A stretch of 64,000 nt of DNA. Source: Alloascoidea hylecoeti (taxonomy: Eukaryota). The notes beneath the pieces are model-generated. The model had not been told where the DNA came from. It made no database searches and saw only the letters and a list, made by a program, of their open reading frames with translations. Positions 38,101 through 49,414 of the stretch are shown in pieces; within the stretch, counting starts at the first letter, position 1; every line of letters starts with the position of its first letter. The stretch covers positions 186,001 through 250,000 of the forward strand of contig BCKZ01000007.1 of the NCBI GenBank assembly GCA_001600815.1. Reading direction: 5' to 3'. The translations under genes were made by a program, and so were the position numbers.

Positions 38101-40218
38101 TGGTGTTATCCTTATTGCAAATGTTTTACAGATATTTTCTTGGAAGTTGATAATAGAATGCAAAGTGCTACTATTTATATCATTGAACATTGGGTTGAAC
38201 TTATTTATAAAGTTATTTACAAAGAAGACAAGAGTAATGGCCCCAGGAAAGCAAAAACTTTAATCAGAGGTTTTGTCAATATTTTAAATCAAGCTCCAGA
38301 ATACATTGCAGTATTCAAGGTTAGTATTTGGGGAAAATTATTTGAAAGTAAGGAATTGATACCAATGATTGTTGATATTATCATTTCTGCAGCAATAGAT
38401 AAACAAGAATCGGGTGAAGATTGTAATGATATTCTATCAATTCTCCTTCAGAGGAATTCTGATGAGATTTTCAAAATATTAATTTATAAAGCTATTAATC
38501 TTACCCAAGTTCCTGTAGATGCTGAAACTGAAGCCGAAAAACTTGTATTTTCATCGATCAGCTGGAACGAGGTGCTAGTGCTTCTGAAAGCTTTGATTAC
38601 CTTGTCATTCGATGCATTAGAATTAGTCTGGAAATATCTTCCTGAACTGTGTTTTATTGGCTCGATGTTTGTTAATAATGGCACTTACGAAGTCAAATTG
38701 GCGGTTCAACGGTTAGCAATCATTGGTTTCAGCAACTTCAGCTCTATTGAAGGTCTCTCTGTCCAATCATTAAACAAGTTAGATAGTATGCTCACACTAT
38801 TCGCTAGTAATCGAGGAAATCTACTGTTCGGAGTAGACACAAACTCTTCCACAGATGAGAATTTAGTACATACAGTCCAGATGTTGGATACATTCACTGA
38901 ATTAGTCGGAGCACTTCTTGCAATATTTGATATTGCAGCAACAGATGATGAGGCAAAAAAGAAAGAGTGGAGATCGAAATGGGCGGCATATGTTATGGAT
39001 GAAGCGTTTAAGAAACAGTCATTTGTCAAAGCAAGAGCTATTAGCGTATTGGGGTTGTTGATTGAAGAAGATCAGGCAGAAATGGTTATATTAGAATTGG
39101 AAACACTTTTAGGAACAGCAGCTACAATGATAGCAGATAATGTTGCTAGAGCTGTTGATTTGAATTTATGTGTTATTTTCTGCGGAGGGAAAGTAGCATC
39201 AAAACTTCCTTCGTCTTCTCCTATTCTACCTATATTATTCTGGCATGCTATTTATGGTAGTCAATTCCCGTACCGTGATATTTTTATTGCAAGTACGAAT
39301 TTTGCAGCACATGTTCTACAAAAAATGACAGAAGCAGATTCTTTCAAGGGTGACTTGGTTGGAATCCTCACGAGAGGTAGAGATAGGTTTGAGCCTTATC
39401 CTAGAGAATTCGAAGATATCTCAGGTGTAAAATATTCAGCGGAGATGTTTGATAATTATATTTCTAATCTATTTTGTAGAGGATTGTTCTTACCCGATAC
39501 TAGATATCACACGTTGCACATTTTGGAAACATTCCTAAAGGTCAGACTTAAAAGCGATGAACTTTGGACCATTAACAATATTGGGACACCACTTTCCAGA
39601 GAGGAAAAGCTCAACCCAAGTATTTATAGATGCTACTTATATTTGTTCTCATATACAGAAGGAAGAAGATTTAAGGTGCATTCTAGAAACACGGGAAAGA
39701 AATCTTTAGATATTGGATCTGGTGTTTCAGTTCCCGAAAATATAGCCGAATTTTTGACTTGTGGATCTGATCAGAGTATAGTTGCTCTTTACACATTGGC
39801 AAAGATTTCAAGTAATTCTCATGTTGATGAAAATATATTTCAAAAGGGAATTTTATGGAATATCACTTTTTTCAGCACAAATGTACCTGAACTTCGAGAA
39901 ATGGTGATTTCGATGATATTTATGCATTTACCAAGAATGTTACATATTATGGAACAATCTTCAAACCAACCTTTAGTTGATCAATGTCAAAAACTATCTT
40001 CCATGATTTTAATCGCACCTGAGTTAGAAGATACATCTAATGATGAGGAATATGTTAGTAATGTAACAATAATCCCTAAAAATTATGGGCTTGAAAAAGT
40101 CCCATTTACTGAGCTTTTGGATGGACCAAAAGACATGGAAGTGTTGGCTAAATTGACAGAAATAATTATTAACATTCAACTAAGGACAAATGAGTTGATA
40201 AAGAAAATGCACAATTAA
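32171..40218 (+). CDS. IRA2: Ira1/Ira2-neurofibromin family RasGAP, 3 exons (32171-32245, 32319-32468, 32593-40218), ~2616 aa
   Basis: RasGAP motifs LLRRNSVATRML, LRFFCPAIVAPE, AKIIQNMAN, followed by a Sec14/PH-like region. Two phase-0 GTAAGT introns add an N-terminal LPSETG segment in frame. IRA1 versus IRA2 cannot be resolved. Confidence 0.88.
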
Positions 40219-40407
40219 AAGAATATCTTCTATTTATAAAATATACACACGATACGGGGATTGTAATATAATGAAAACGATTGTCTTTTCTTTAGATTCT
40301 AGATAGAAACTATGATATATCTATATAGTAAAATAAAAGAGTGCATTTATTGTTTATTGGCAATAATGCGTATGGTATGAAAATATATAAAAACTTTTTT
40401 TTTCTTA

Positions 40408-40450
40408 AAACTTCCCTTAAACTTCCCTTAAACTTCCCTTAAACTTCCTT
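40408..40450. repeat. 11-bp tandem repeat (AAACTTCCCTT) x ~4
   Basis: Directly visible between the convergent 3' ends of IRA and the 40461 gene. Confidence 0.9.
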
Positions 40451-40460
40451 TATAAAACTT

Positions 40461-42814
40461 TTAATCAGATTTTAAATATCTCCCCATTGCAATAAATGGT
40501 TGAAGTACAGCCAAAATTGAAGTACAAATTGTATCAATTATAATTGATAATTCATATACAACCCAAAATAATAATAAAATTTCAACCATTATAACAATGG
40601 TTGGTAAAGTTGGAGAATGTTTACTAAAATAATGACCTGGTGATGAAATAATTTTTATAATATTGTCAGGTTCTGATAAAAATTTTAAAATTTCATGATA
40701 ATTTATTGTTGAGGCACCATTTAAAAAATTATTTAAAAATTTAAATAAAAAATTTATAATAATTATTATAAAATAACAAATTTTTTTAAAAATTCTCCAA
40801 ATTGCTTTCCATTTAATTTGAATTGGAATTGGGAAAATACTTGAATCATCTGTATCATCATTTCTTTTAAGTTGTCTTCTTTTTTGTTTACTTGGTAATG
40901 TTAAATTCTTATAATTATAATAAGGATCAGTGTTTATCAATCGTTTTTCGATTGATTCTAATGATTCATCGGTATTGCTTAAATGACGGGTAGTGTAGAC
41001 ATTTGGATAATTGCTACCTTTATTAGCAGCCATTGTATTATCAAAATCAGCTGCAGAACTATTTAAAACTGAACCTTCATAATCATCACTATTGTAACCA
41101 GGATTACTATAAGCATAATTTTGGTCTCTAGATTTAACATGAATACCAATGATCTCAGAAACATTTGGTCCAAAAGTTCCATCGTCTCTTACTTGGTCAT
41201 ATTGTTGATCACCAATTGAATTGTCATAATCACTTAGATTTTCGTCATCCTTAATGTCCGTTAGTACTTCTTAAAATATATATATTAGACACGATTCAAA
41301 ATTATATTCAAAATGTTTGTAATAAATTTTTATCTTACCTTAATTGATAAATCTCTCATATTTTTGGATCTTAAATATTTTTCACTTTTATGGCTCATAT
41401 TGAAGTACCCACCATTTAATCCACCATTTGTAATTACATTCTCACCAATAACTCTAACTTCTTCATTTGGAACTGGTGCCTCATTTTTCAATGGTAACAT
41501 TGGTATAGGTGCCCCATTAATATGATCAACATCATCATTTGAACCTTGGTTAGGATATTGAAAAGGTGCTTGGGATTGTGTATTATTATCATAACCAATG
41601 GGGTTTACATTATTAGCTGTTCCAATGTTATTTTCAATCGCCATAAATTGTTTCCTTAATTCATGTAAATCATCTCCAAGCAATTGATCAGCTCCAATAT
41701 TTTTTAAAGTTCCTTTTTGACCTTTATAACTTTGATAAATAACTGGTTGATTCTTCAATAATCTAAAATTAAAATTCATCTTATTACTAATAAGAACATT
41801 ATTAGTATCGTCAACATTATTATCTGGTGACGATTTAAAAAATAAATTTTTGAATCCTAATTTCATTTTAGTTGCAATAGTTGGATCAGTATTTTCGTTA
41901 AATGCATAGTTTATAATCGAATCAACAGTTGTTGGTCTTTTCAATTGTGGATTCATTAAAACCGAGAAATTATTTTCATCATCATCATCATCATCATCAC
42001 CATTCTCATATGTATTAAAGATACTCTTATTCAACTTTTGTTGATTTTGGTTTGAGGTAATGATATATGGATTGTTGTTTATTTTTATAGATCTACTTTT
42101 ATTTCTAATTTGATTAGGACTAGGATTAGGATTAGAACTGATCATGGGAAGAGTAGGTGCCATTATAGGTGGGAGTTGTTTCTGTTGTGGCGGTTGTGGA
42201 TGTCTAAAATTAGAATAATTGTTATACCTTTCTGTTCTATCGATTGGTTCAGATGGTTTATGCTGTTTAGGTGGTAGATTATCAAGTACCGTATGATATG
42301 GAAAGTATTCCTCTTCTGATAATGATCCATCAACTGGTATAATTTTTGGGGGTACCATTTGTCCATAGTTAGGCTTAAAAAATCTTGGCTCATTAATTTC
42401 TCTATTGTTCTTTCTCCTATAATCATTTTCATTCTTTGTTTTTGATCTTCCAATTGGTCTTCTAAGATCTGAACCATTATCATTTTCTAGATTATTCTTA
42501 ATATAATCAATATAAGTCTCATCAAACGTGAAATTTCTAGTCTGTCTTCTTGGCAAATCATCATTATTTTGATAATATCTTTGTTTTGGTACTAAGAATT
42601 CAGGTTTATCATTTGGAGTTCTAGCAATCAAAATATTATTTGATGCTCTATAATTACCCATTGACTTAACTCTTCGTCTTCTTGAATTTGATAGAGATGG
42701 AGACTTAACATTCAAATTATCATGAATTAAATCTGAGTCTGAATCATTATTTCTTCCATATTGACCTCCATGAAATAATTTTTCACCAGATAAATCATAG
42801 CTATGATTAGCCAT
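40461..42814 (-). CDS. Hypothetical protein with C-terminal transmembrane helices, 2 exons (42814-41339, 41249-40461), ~754 aa
   Basis: Intron 41338-41250 (GTAAGA, TACTAAC, AAG) fuses the 494-aa and 190-aa ORFs in frame. Hydrophobic C-terminus PTIVIMVEILLLFWVVYELSIIIDTIC. Confidence 0.75.
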
Positions 42815-44079
42815 ATTTCCATAAGATATAGTTATAGTTATAACAAAGGAGCAATAACAAAGAAAGTTTCTTCAAAGAGTTTATCAAATGAAATTATTTA
42901 ATTCCAGTTGATAAAATAAATATTATAATAGTGGAAGCAAAAGAAGAATATATTCAAATAAATATGCCTCTTCTACCCATAATTATAATATAAGAAGGCT
43001 GGTCATGTCTAAATTTAAACCTTAATATATTCTTTAAGTATATGTGAGCATGGCATATATATGAGTATGATTTGAATATACTTAATTTAACCCATTCTGA
43101 CTATTAAACATCGGCAATAACCATGGGTGAAATGATTGTATATATATACATTTGTTCTCTTTACACTTTCTATTTGGTATATCATATCTGATATTTTACT
43201 AGGTATTTAGTGCATAAGAAATGTCCGGTCGTGTATTATTTGATATTATAACTTGATATATTGCTTTGTAAACACAACAATTGTTTGAATACTCATAGTA
43301 TTCAGCTTACGTGACTGCGGGAGATGATGATTTGTTTATTTATTCATTCATTCATTTATGAGTTCACCAAGCTTTACCACTTGTTGGTTCTACACGATAG
43401 CTACGACGTTACTAACTTCTAGATCTATATCCTTCTTTATATAACATGAAAAAAGCAATCTGAAATTAGATAAAGAAGACTAATCAATACTATAAAGCTC
43501 AGGTATGTTATGGTTTGTGGTAAGAAAATATATGAAAATTAATGAAGATTATGTTTGTATCTTCAAATCGAAATTGAGTATGGAATGAAAAAAACTTCAT
43601 GGTAGCAAAATCAAATATATTGCCCAAAGAAACTTGTGAATGGTTTATAGCTGAAGCGTTTGTAAACAAAACACGTTAATCATCATTAGATCAACCAGAA
43701 GATGTAATAACAGATAATTATTCTTCAACTATAAAACTGTTATATCCTCGCTATATCCTTACAAATACGTGCCAGTTATACAGCTCTACATATAGTCGGA
43801 GATATTATAGGAAGTTTTAGCGAAAGTAGTTATTATCAAAAGTTGCTGTTATTATTAAGGAAAATTCTGTTGGAGAACTTCACCTCTAATTCATATTTAA
43901 CCTTATAACTATTTATTAACAATTAAAAGTTACAGATGAATTCACTTACATGGTAGTAAGTGTCGTAGTATTATTAAACTAGGATTTCCAATGTCACTTC
44001 CATAATTCTCTACTCAAAGGACTCGTTTCTTTCTAAGGATGCTCTTTAATTGTTCTTTCATAATCTCCCGATGTTTTCT

Positions 44080-44260
44080 ATCCGGAGAATATGGCGGAAG
44101 ACATAATAAAGTTATATCCATTGGATTGAAATGCTTCCCTAATATCAACTTTGGCGATCGCGATGGATAGGTCGTATCCATTATATAGCGTAAACGTTAT
44201 TATATTTTGGGTCTTTATGATATCAATTAATTGTAAAATATATTTCAAATAATTAATTAG
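44080..44260 (-). mobile_element. L1-like reverse transcriptase fragment
   Basis: YILQLIDII...LSIAIAKVDIREAFQSNGYNFI resembles the LINE RT motif xxKxDxxKAFDSVxWxFI. Confidence 0.5.
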
Positions 44261-44389
44261 AAGATGTTGTTCCAGAACCTTTGGCCGATGTTGAGAGTTT
44301 TCTTTTTTGGGGTCTAAGGGCAAACAACACGGGTCCATAGGCTATTAGACTCCCTAGTCCATACCCGAAAATAGTACCAAGAACAAGGT

Positions 44390-44522
44390 TGGCTGATCGT
44401 TTTAACCGACATGGTCGAAATTTTACCAAGCCATGTGGTTGAATATTTTATCTCCTGTGGCAGAATTATTAATTTAAAGCGTTGGCGAATTATTTTCACC
44501 TACGGATGGGCGAATAGTTATT
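44390..44522. repeat. ~23-bp degenerate tandem array (TGGNCGAATWTT core), same unit as the 24.1-kb element
   Basis: Units start at 44390, 44412, 44436, 44458, 44483 and 44507. Confidence 0.6.
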
Positions 44523-44612
44523 GTATTACGTAAGCATCATCAAATATAAAATTTTAAATTTTTGAATTTTTTTTTTCTAGGAAATAATATAATAGTGAAC
44601 AAAAAAATAAAA

Positions 44613-45902
44613 ATGTCTGCTTTATTTGAAGTTGAAGGATGGGATATTGATAAAACCATTTCTATTAGTGATCCAAAAGCAGAAAAGAAGAAGAAAAATA
44701 AAGAAAAGAAAAAATTAAAAAAGGCAAAGATTAATAAAGAAAAAGATGTTGTTAGTACTGTTAATACTGATATAACGATTGATGCAAGTAAACCAACAGA
44801 AAATGATGGTAATGATGATGATGAATCAAAAGAAGTTCCAAAAAGGAAACGATCTAATTTAGAAACAGAAGATTCAAATATAAAACATAAGAAGACACAT
44901 CGAGGTAAAAGAGCAAAATCTACAAAGTCAGAAAAAATTGATGATAATAAGACTATTATTAAATCAGAACCAATTATAACAAAAACAAAATTAACACCTT
45001 TACAATTAAAAATGCAACAAAAATTATCAGGATCAAGATTTAGATGGATAAATGAACAACTTTATACAATTTCATCATCTGAAGCAACTAAATTAATTGC
45101 ATCACAACCAAGTATGTTTGAAGAATATCATTCAGGTTTTAGATCACAAATACAATCATGGCCAGAAAACCCAGTTGATACATTTGTTAGACAAGTTGAA
45201 TTAAGAACTTTAAAACAAGTTGGTGCACCGGGTGGTTTACCATGTCATAAATCAAAAGATGGTAAAAAATCAATTGTTATTGCTGATATGGGTTGTGGGG
45301 ATGCAAAATTTGCATTAGAAATTAATAAAATTGTTTTAAATTATAACAAACAAAAATATAATAAAAAAAAACCATTAAATATTAAAATTCATTCATTTGA
45401 TTTATTTAAAGCAAATGATAGAATAACTGTTGCTGATATTAAAAATGTTCCATTAGAATCAAACAGTTGTAATATAGTTATATTTTGTTTAGCACTAATG
45501 GGTACAAATTTTTTAGATTTTATAAAAGAAGGTCATAGGATTTTAGCTCCAAATGGTGATTTATGGATATCTGAAATTAAATCAAGATTTAATAATGCTA
45601 CAAATGGTAATAAAAATATAAATGAAAATAATAATAATAATGATGATGAAAAAAAATATGATGAATTTATAAAAATTTGTAAAAAATTTGGATTTTTTCA
45701 TAGAAAAACTGATGATACAAACAAAATGTTTGTTAGATTTGAATTTTTTAAACCACCTAATTATATTGCAGAAGAAAGAAAAGAAAGAGAACAAAAAAGA
45801 TCAAAATTTGTTGATGATGAAGAAGAAGATTTAGAAGTTCGAAGAAAACGTGAAAATGAAGGAAATTGGTTATTAAAACCATGTATTTACAAAAGAAGAT
45901 AG
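44613..45902 (+). CDS. RRP8: 25S rRNA methyltransferase Rrp8
   Basis: MSALFEVEGW start, KLSGSRFRWINEQLYT, IADMGCGDA, FCLALMGTNF, C-terminal LLKPCIYKRR. Confidence 0.96.
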   Translation: MSALFEVEGWDIDKTISISDPKAEKKKKNKEKKKLKKAKINKEKDVVSTVNTDITIDASKPTENDGNDDDESKEVPKRKRSNLETEDSNIKHKKTHRGKRAKSTKSEKIDDNKTIIKSEPIITKTKLTPLQLKMQQKLSGSRFRWINEQLYTISSSEATKLIASQPSMFEEYHSGFRSQIQSWPENPVDTFVRQVELRTLKQVGAPGGLPCHKSKDGKKSIVIADMGCGDAKFALEINKIVLNYNKQKYNKKKPLNIKIHSFDLFKANDRITVADIKNVPLESNSCNIVIFCLALMGTNFLDFIKEGHRILAPNGDLWISEIKSRFNNATNGNKNINENNNNNDDEKKYDEFIKICKKFGFFHRKTDDTNKMFVRFEFFKPPNYIAEERKEREQKRSKFVDDEEEDLEVRRKRENEGNWLLKPCIYKRR

Positions 45903-45951
45903 TTAAATAAATATATTTATTAATTAATATTATATATATAAAGACTAATTA

Positions 45952-46281
45952 TTATTGTTGTTCATCTTCTAATGGATTGTAGACATTTTCTGTTAATAAT
46001 TTATTAAGTTCAGTTTTAACGAATTGAACTTGTGTTTGGTTAATTAGTAAATGAGTATCGTCGAGTTCCTTTTTTAAAATTAGTGCTGAATTTTTAATAA
46101 AAGAAAAAAGAATATAACTTACATCTATTACAATACCGGGGTGATCTTTATCAATTTTTAATATAAGAGCTCTAATTGAAGGATCACTGAAATATAAATT
46201 TCTAATTAGTAAAATTATATAAGAAAAGTTATGTATGGATACGTACCACTCGATAAGGGTACCTTTAGTTGCTCGAGGCAT
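45952..46281 (-). CDS. TFB5: TFIIH subunit Tfb5, 3 exons (46281-46247, 46186-46123, 46068-45952), 71 aa
   Basis: Splicing restores MPRATKGTLIEC|DPSIRALILKID...VID|ELDDTHLLI. Introns are GTACGT..TACTAAT..CAG (60 nt) and GTAAGT..CACTAAT..AAG (54 nt). Confidence 0.92.
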   Translation of the reverse strand: MPRATKGTLIEWYVSIHNFSYIILLIRNLYFSDPSIRALILKIDKDHPGIVIDVSYILFSFIKNSALILKKELDDTHLLINQTQVQFVKTELNKLLTENVYNPLEDEQQ

Positions 46282-46569
46282 ATTAATAAATAACAGATGG
46301 ACAGAGTTCTTCTATAATTTTTGTATTTCTTTCTGTTAACATTAAATTCCTATTGCTTTAGGATTATACCCATACATACTAACTCAAAAATATTCTCCTA
46401 AGCAATTCTAAAATCAAATTTGAGGTTTGTTTACCCGGACTTTAGTGTGACAAATCATAACTAACTATGAGAAGTGGGCACTGACATATGTACTTGAAAT
46501 ATTTTCAAATCTGGGATAAATTATACACAAATGTTGTTATAATTTCATTATGATTTCATCATTATTTAC

Positions 46570-47487
46570 TTATCTTATCATCTTTACTACAATCTCACCA
46601 CTTTGAACTTTCCTTTTCAATTCATTAATCGTATTTCTCTGATCTTCAGGTAAATTCATTATATCAGCATCTGATAGTTCCAATACCTGTCTTAACATGG
46701 CCGCTTGTCCTTCATTAACCGTGGGATGTTCAATTTTCACTGGTAATGATGAGTCTGCCTGGTGGTGTCCTTGCCCATTCATATTCACATCCACAATTTG
46801 TTCTTGTGAATTATTACCTAGTACTATATTACCAACTGTTTGTTGATCTATTAAATTTAACATTAAAAGGGATTGAACTATAGAATATGATAGTTGTGGG
46901 CATAATGTAAAGAGTTCTTCTGTTAGATTTGGATTTATTTTTGACCTTCGTTGTATTGACTTTATAACATTTATGATTCTTGGGATTGGTAATGATTCTA
47001 GTGTTGATGATATGGAATTAGCTGGGGTTGTGTTCGGTGCTAATGATAAACCGGGAGGTAATAAAGGAATAGAATTTGGAGTTGAATTTAAATAGTTTGA
47101 ATTTGAATTTGAATTTGAATTTGAATTTGAATTTGAATATGAATTTGAATTATTTAGAGGTTTATTCATAAATGATGAATTTGATTTCGATGATGATTTT
47201 GGTTTATTATTATTTGCGCTTAGTGAACTCTCAAAAGTATAATCAACTTTTATTTTTCTATTACCTATTTGATAATTATTTAAATTTCTAAACGCCGATT
47301 CAGCAGTTTCCAAATCATAAAACTCAGCAAATCCATATCCTTTTGATTTACCAGATTCTTTATCAAAAATTAATTTAAAATCAGAAACTGGTCCAACAGA
47401 CTTTAAAATATCGAGTAATTGTTCTTCAGTTTGATCATATGGTATACTTCCAATATAAATAACACGACCTGGGGTTTTCTCTGGCAT
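46570..47487 (-). CDS. RNA15: Cleavage/polyadenylation factor Rna15 (CstF-64 homolog)
   Basis: RRM (IYIGSIPYDQTEEQ, SKGYGFAEF), hinge PQLSYSIVQSLL, C-terminal QVLELSDADIMNLPEDQR. Contains an SN hexamer microsatellite. Confidence 0.93.
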   Translation of the reverse strand: MPEKTPGRVIYIGSIPYDQTEEQLLDILKSVGPVSDFKLIFDKESGKSKGYGFAEFYDLETAESAFRNLNNYQIGNRKIKVDYTFESSLSANNNKPKSSSKSNSSFMNKPLNNSNSYSNSNSNSNSNSNSNYLNSTPNSIPLLPPGLSLAPNTTPANSISSTLESLPIPRIINVIKSIQRRSKINPNLTEELFTLCPQLSYSIVQSLLMLNLIDQQTVGNIVLGNNSQEQIVDVNMNGQGHHQADSSLPVKIEHPTVNEGQAAMLRQVLELSDADIMNLPEDQRNTINELKRKVQSGEIVVKMIR

Positions 47488-48353
47488 TTTAGAAAAAATT
47501 GTGTAGTTAAGTTTCTTGTATTATTGCTTACATCCATAGAGTCAATTCACTTGTTATCGTCCAAGCTAAGTATGGTGAATCATCAACCACGTGACCCAGG
47601 ACACGATGAAGCTTTATACTACTACATTATTCAAAGAAGCATATAACCAAAAATGGCACCTTGTATACTTGAAGATCCGCCTACCGCCCTCAATTTAGGT
47701 GGGCGGTTGATCCGTTTCTAAGGGCTCTGGGGTGGCTTCCCTAAGTTCCCTCTAGTTTATGTAGCTATAAGATCTGACATGTTGAGTTACCCAGGTTAAG
47801 GTCCAATTTTAGTGTAAATTATCACCTACCTAGTAAATGTGAGTTAGATATCGAGCGAAACTATTTCCCCCGGATGAACATAAAATTAATGTAACCGTGG
47901 TGAAATACAATTGCAATAAAAGTATACAAATTGGCTTTAAAATGACATCGATTTTTAGGCTGGCGCTCAACTAGAAATACTACCTGTTTAGTTACCGAGG
48001 TATTACATGCTGTAGTAGAAGCAATTGGGGTTCATGAATATAATCTTGAGGATATCTATGAAACAATGGCGCGGTATTTTTTAATATTAACGGTATAATT
48101 TATGCATAATAATTTCAACGCTGAGAGGAAGGTGCCGAGGTTGATTTTTAAATCATGATTTCTAATGGTATGATTTGCTATAATTACAATTTACAGTTGG
48201 GTATAAAATCTAACAATTGCGAATTTAAAGTAGATTGAAAGATTATATGGTGATAGATACATATTATCATCCAATATTTTATGAAGATTGAAAATACACG
48301 CACGCATTTATCATATTAAATTGTTATGTATTTGTACATTTCAAACATTTTGA

Positions 48354-49157
48354 TCATAATTTACTATTATAAACATTTTTAACTCTTTTTTCTCTTTGAT
48401 CATGAGTTAATTTATCATTTTGTTCTCTAAGATTTGCTTCAAAATCAAAAGAATCTAAATAAGTTAATATATTTCTATTCAATTCAGCTCTAATTGTAGC
48501 ATAAGATGGAGAAGTTGACAATTGTAGTAATTTTCTTTCTTGTATGATTTCTTCAACTTGATCTATTCCACCAAGTCTATCAACCATTCCTAATTTAAAA
48601 CATTCTGGACCAGTAAATCTATGACCTTCTTGAACGATACTTCTTGAAATAATACCACCGTATTTATCTCTAAACATTGCTACAAAAGGAGGGAATAAAT
48701 GAGCACCAAAGGCCACTTCATTCATACAGACCCAACCTTTTTCAGGATTCATAACTCTGTAATCACAACAAGTAACGAGCATTAAACCACCAGCAAAGGC
48801 ATGCCCATTGATTAAAGCAATCGTTGGCCATGGGAACAGAGTTACTTCTTTCAATAATCTAAAATATTGATCAGGGAAAAAATTAGGAGTCTTAACAGCA
48901 ACATCTAATTGTAAACCATTTGAAAAGAACTTTTCAATTGCAGAACCAATGACCAAAGGTTTTGGAGCTAAATCAGATGGAGATTTAACAAAATGATTAT
49001 CTGGGTTTATTGTATCAAGAGCCTCCATGATTGAGAAGATCACATGTGAAGTTAATCTATTATCTGGAGGATTATTCAGTTGAAGAAGATAGTAGTTATC
49101 ATGTTCAGTTACTGAAACCACTGGTTTGTCTTTTGGAAATTGCAGATTAAGAACCAT
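48354..49157 (-). CDS. Peroxisomal enoyl-CoA delta-isomerase/hydratase (crotonase fold)
   Basis: PPDNRLT, KFFSNGL, PTIALINGHAFAGG, DYRVMNPEKG, C-terminal PTS1 SKL. Confidence 0.88.
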   Translation of the reverse strand: MVLNLQFPKDKPVVSVTEHDNYYLLQLNNPPDNRLTSHVIFSIMEALDTINPDNHFVKSPSDLAPKPLVIGSAIEKFFSNGLQLDVAVKTPNFFPDQYFRLLKEVTLFPWPTIALINGHAFAGGLMLVTCCDYRVMNPEKGWVCMNEVAFGAHLFPPFVAMFRDKYGGIISRSIVQEGHRFTGPECFKLGMVDRLGGIDQVEEIIQERKLLQLSTSPSYATIRAELNRNILTYLDSFDFEANLREQNDKLTHDQREKRVKNVYNSKL

Positions 49158-49261
49158 TTCGAGATTTCCGGGCGGGAAGAAAGAAAGACGGGCCTAACTG
49201 TTTTAAATACTTGTGATAACCTCCCCGCAGCTCCGTGCATCTTATTTTTCACGACAAGAAG

Positions 49262-49335
49262 AACGTGATACACAGCACACACGTGATCGGCTGGGATTAG
49301 TAATGCGTCGCACGTGGCGTGGTCACCTGACGTGT
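49262..49335. promoter_or_regulatory. E-box cluster in a short divergent promoter
   Basis: CACGTG at 49280 and 49311, plus AACGTG, CACCTG and TGACGT variants within ~75 bp. Confidence 0.5.
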
Positions 49336-49414
49336 CAGATAACCAGATGTACGGGTGTCATCGATATATAATTTTGGATATGGAAGGTAATTTAATTGCG
49401 ACTATTGTACAAAA

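Noticed and set aside
47668..47712. GC hairpin ACCGCCC/GGGCGGT upstream of RNA15
   Set aside because: Only a 7-bp stem, with no recognisable ncRNA motif.
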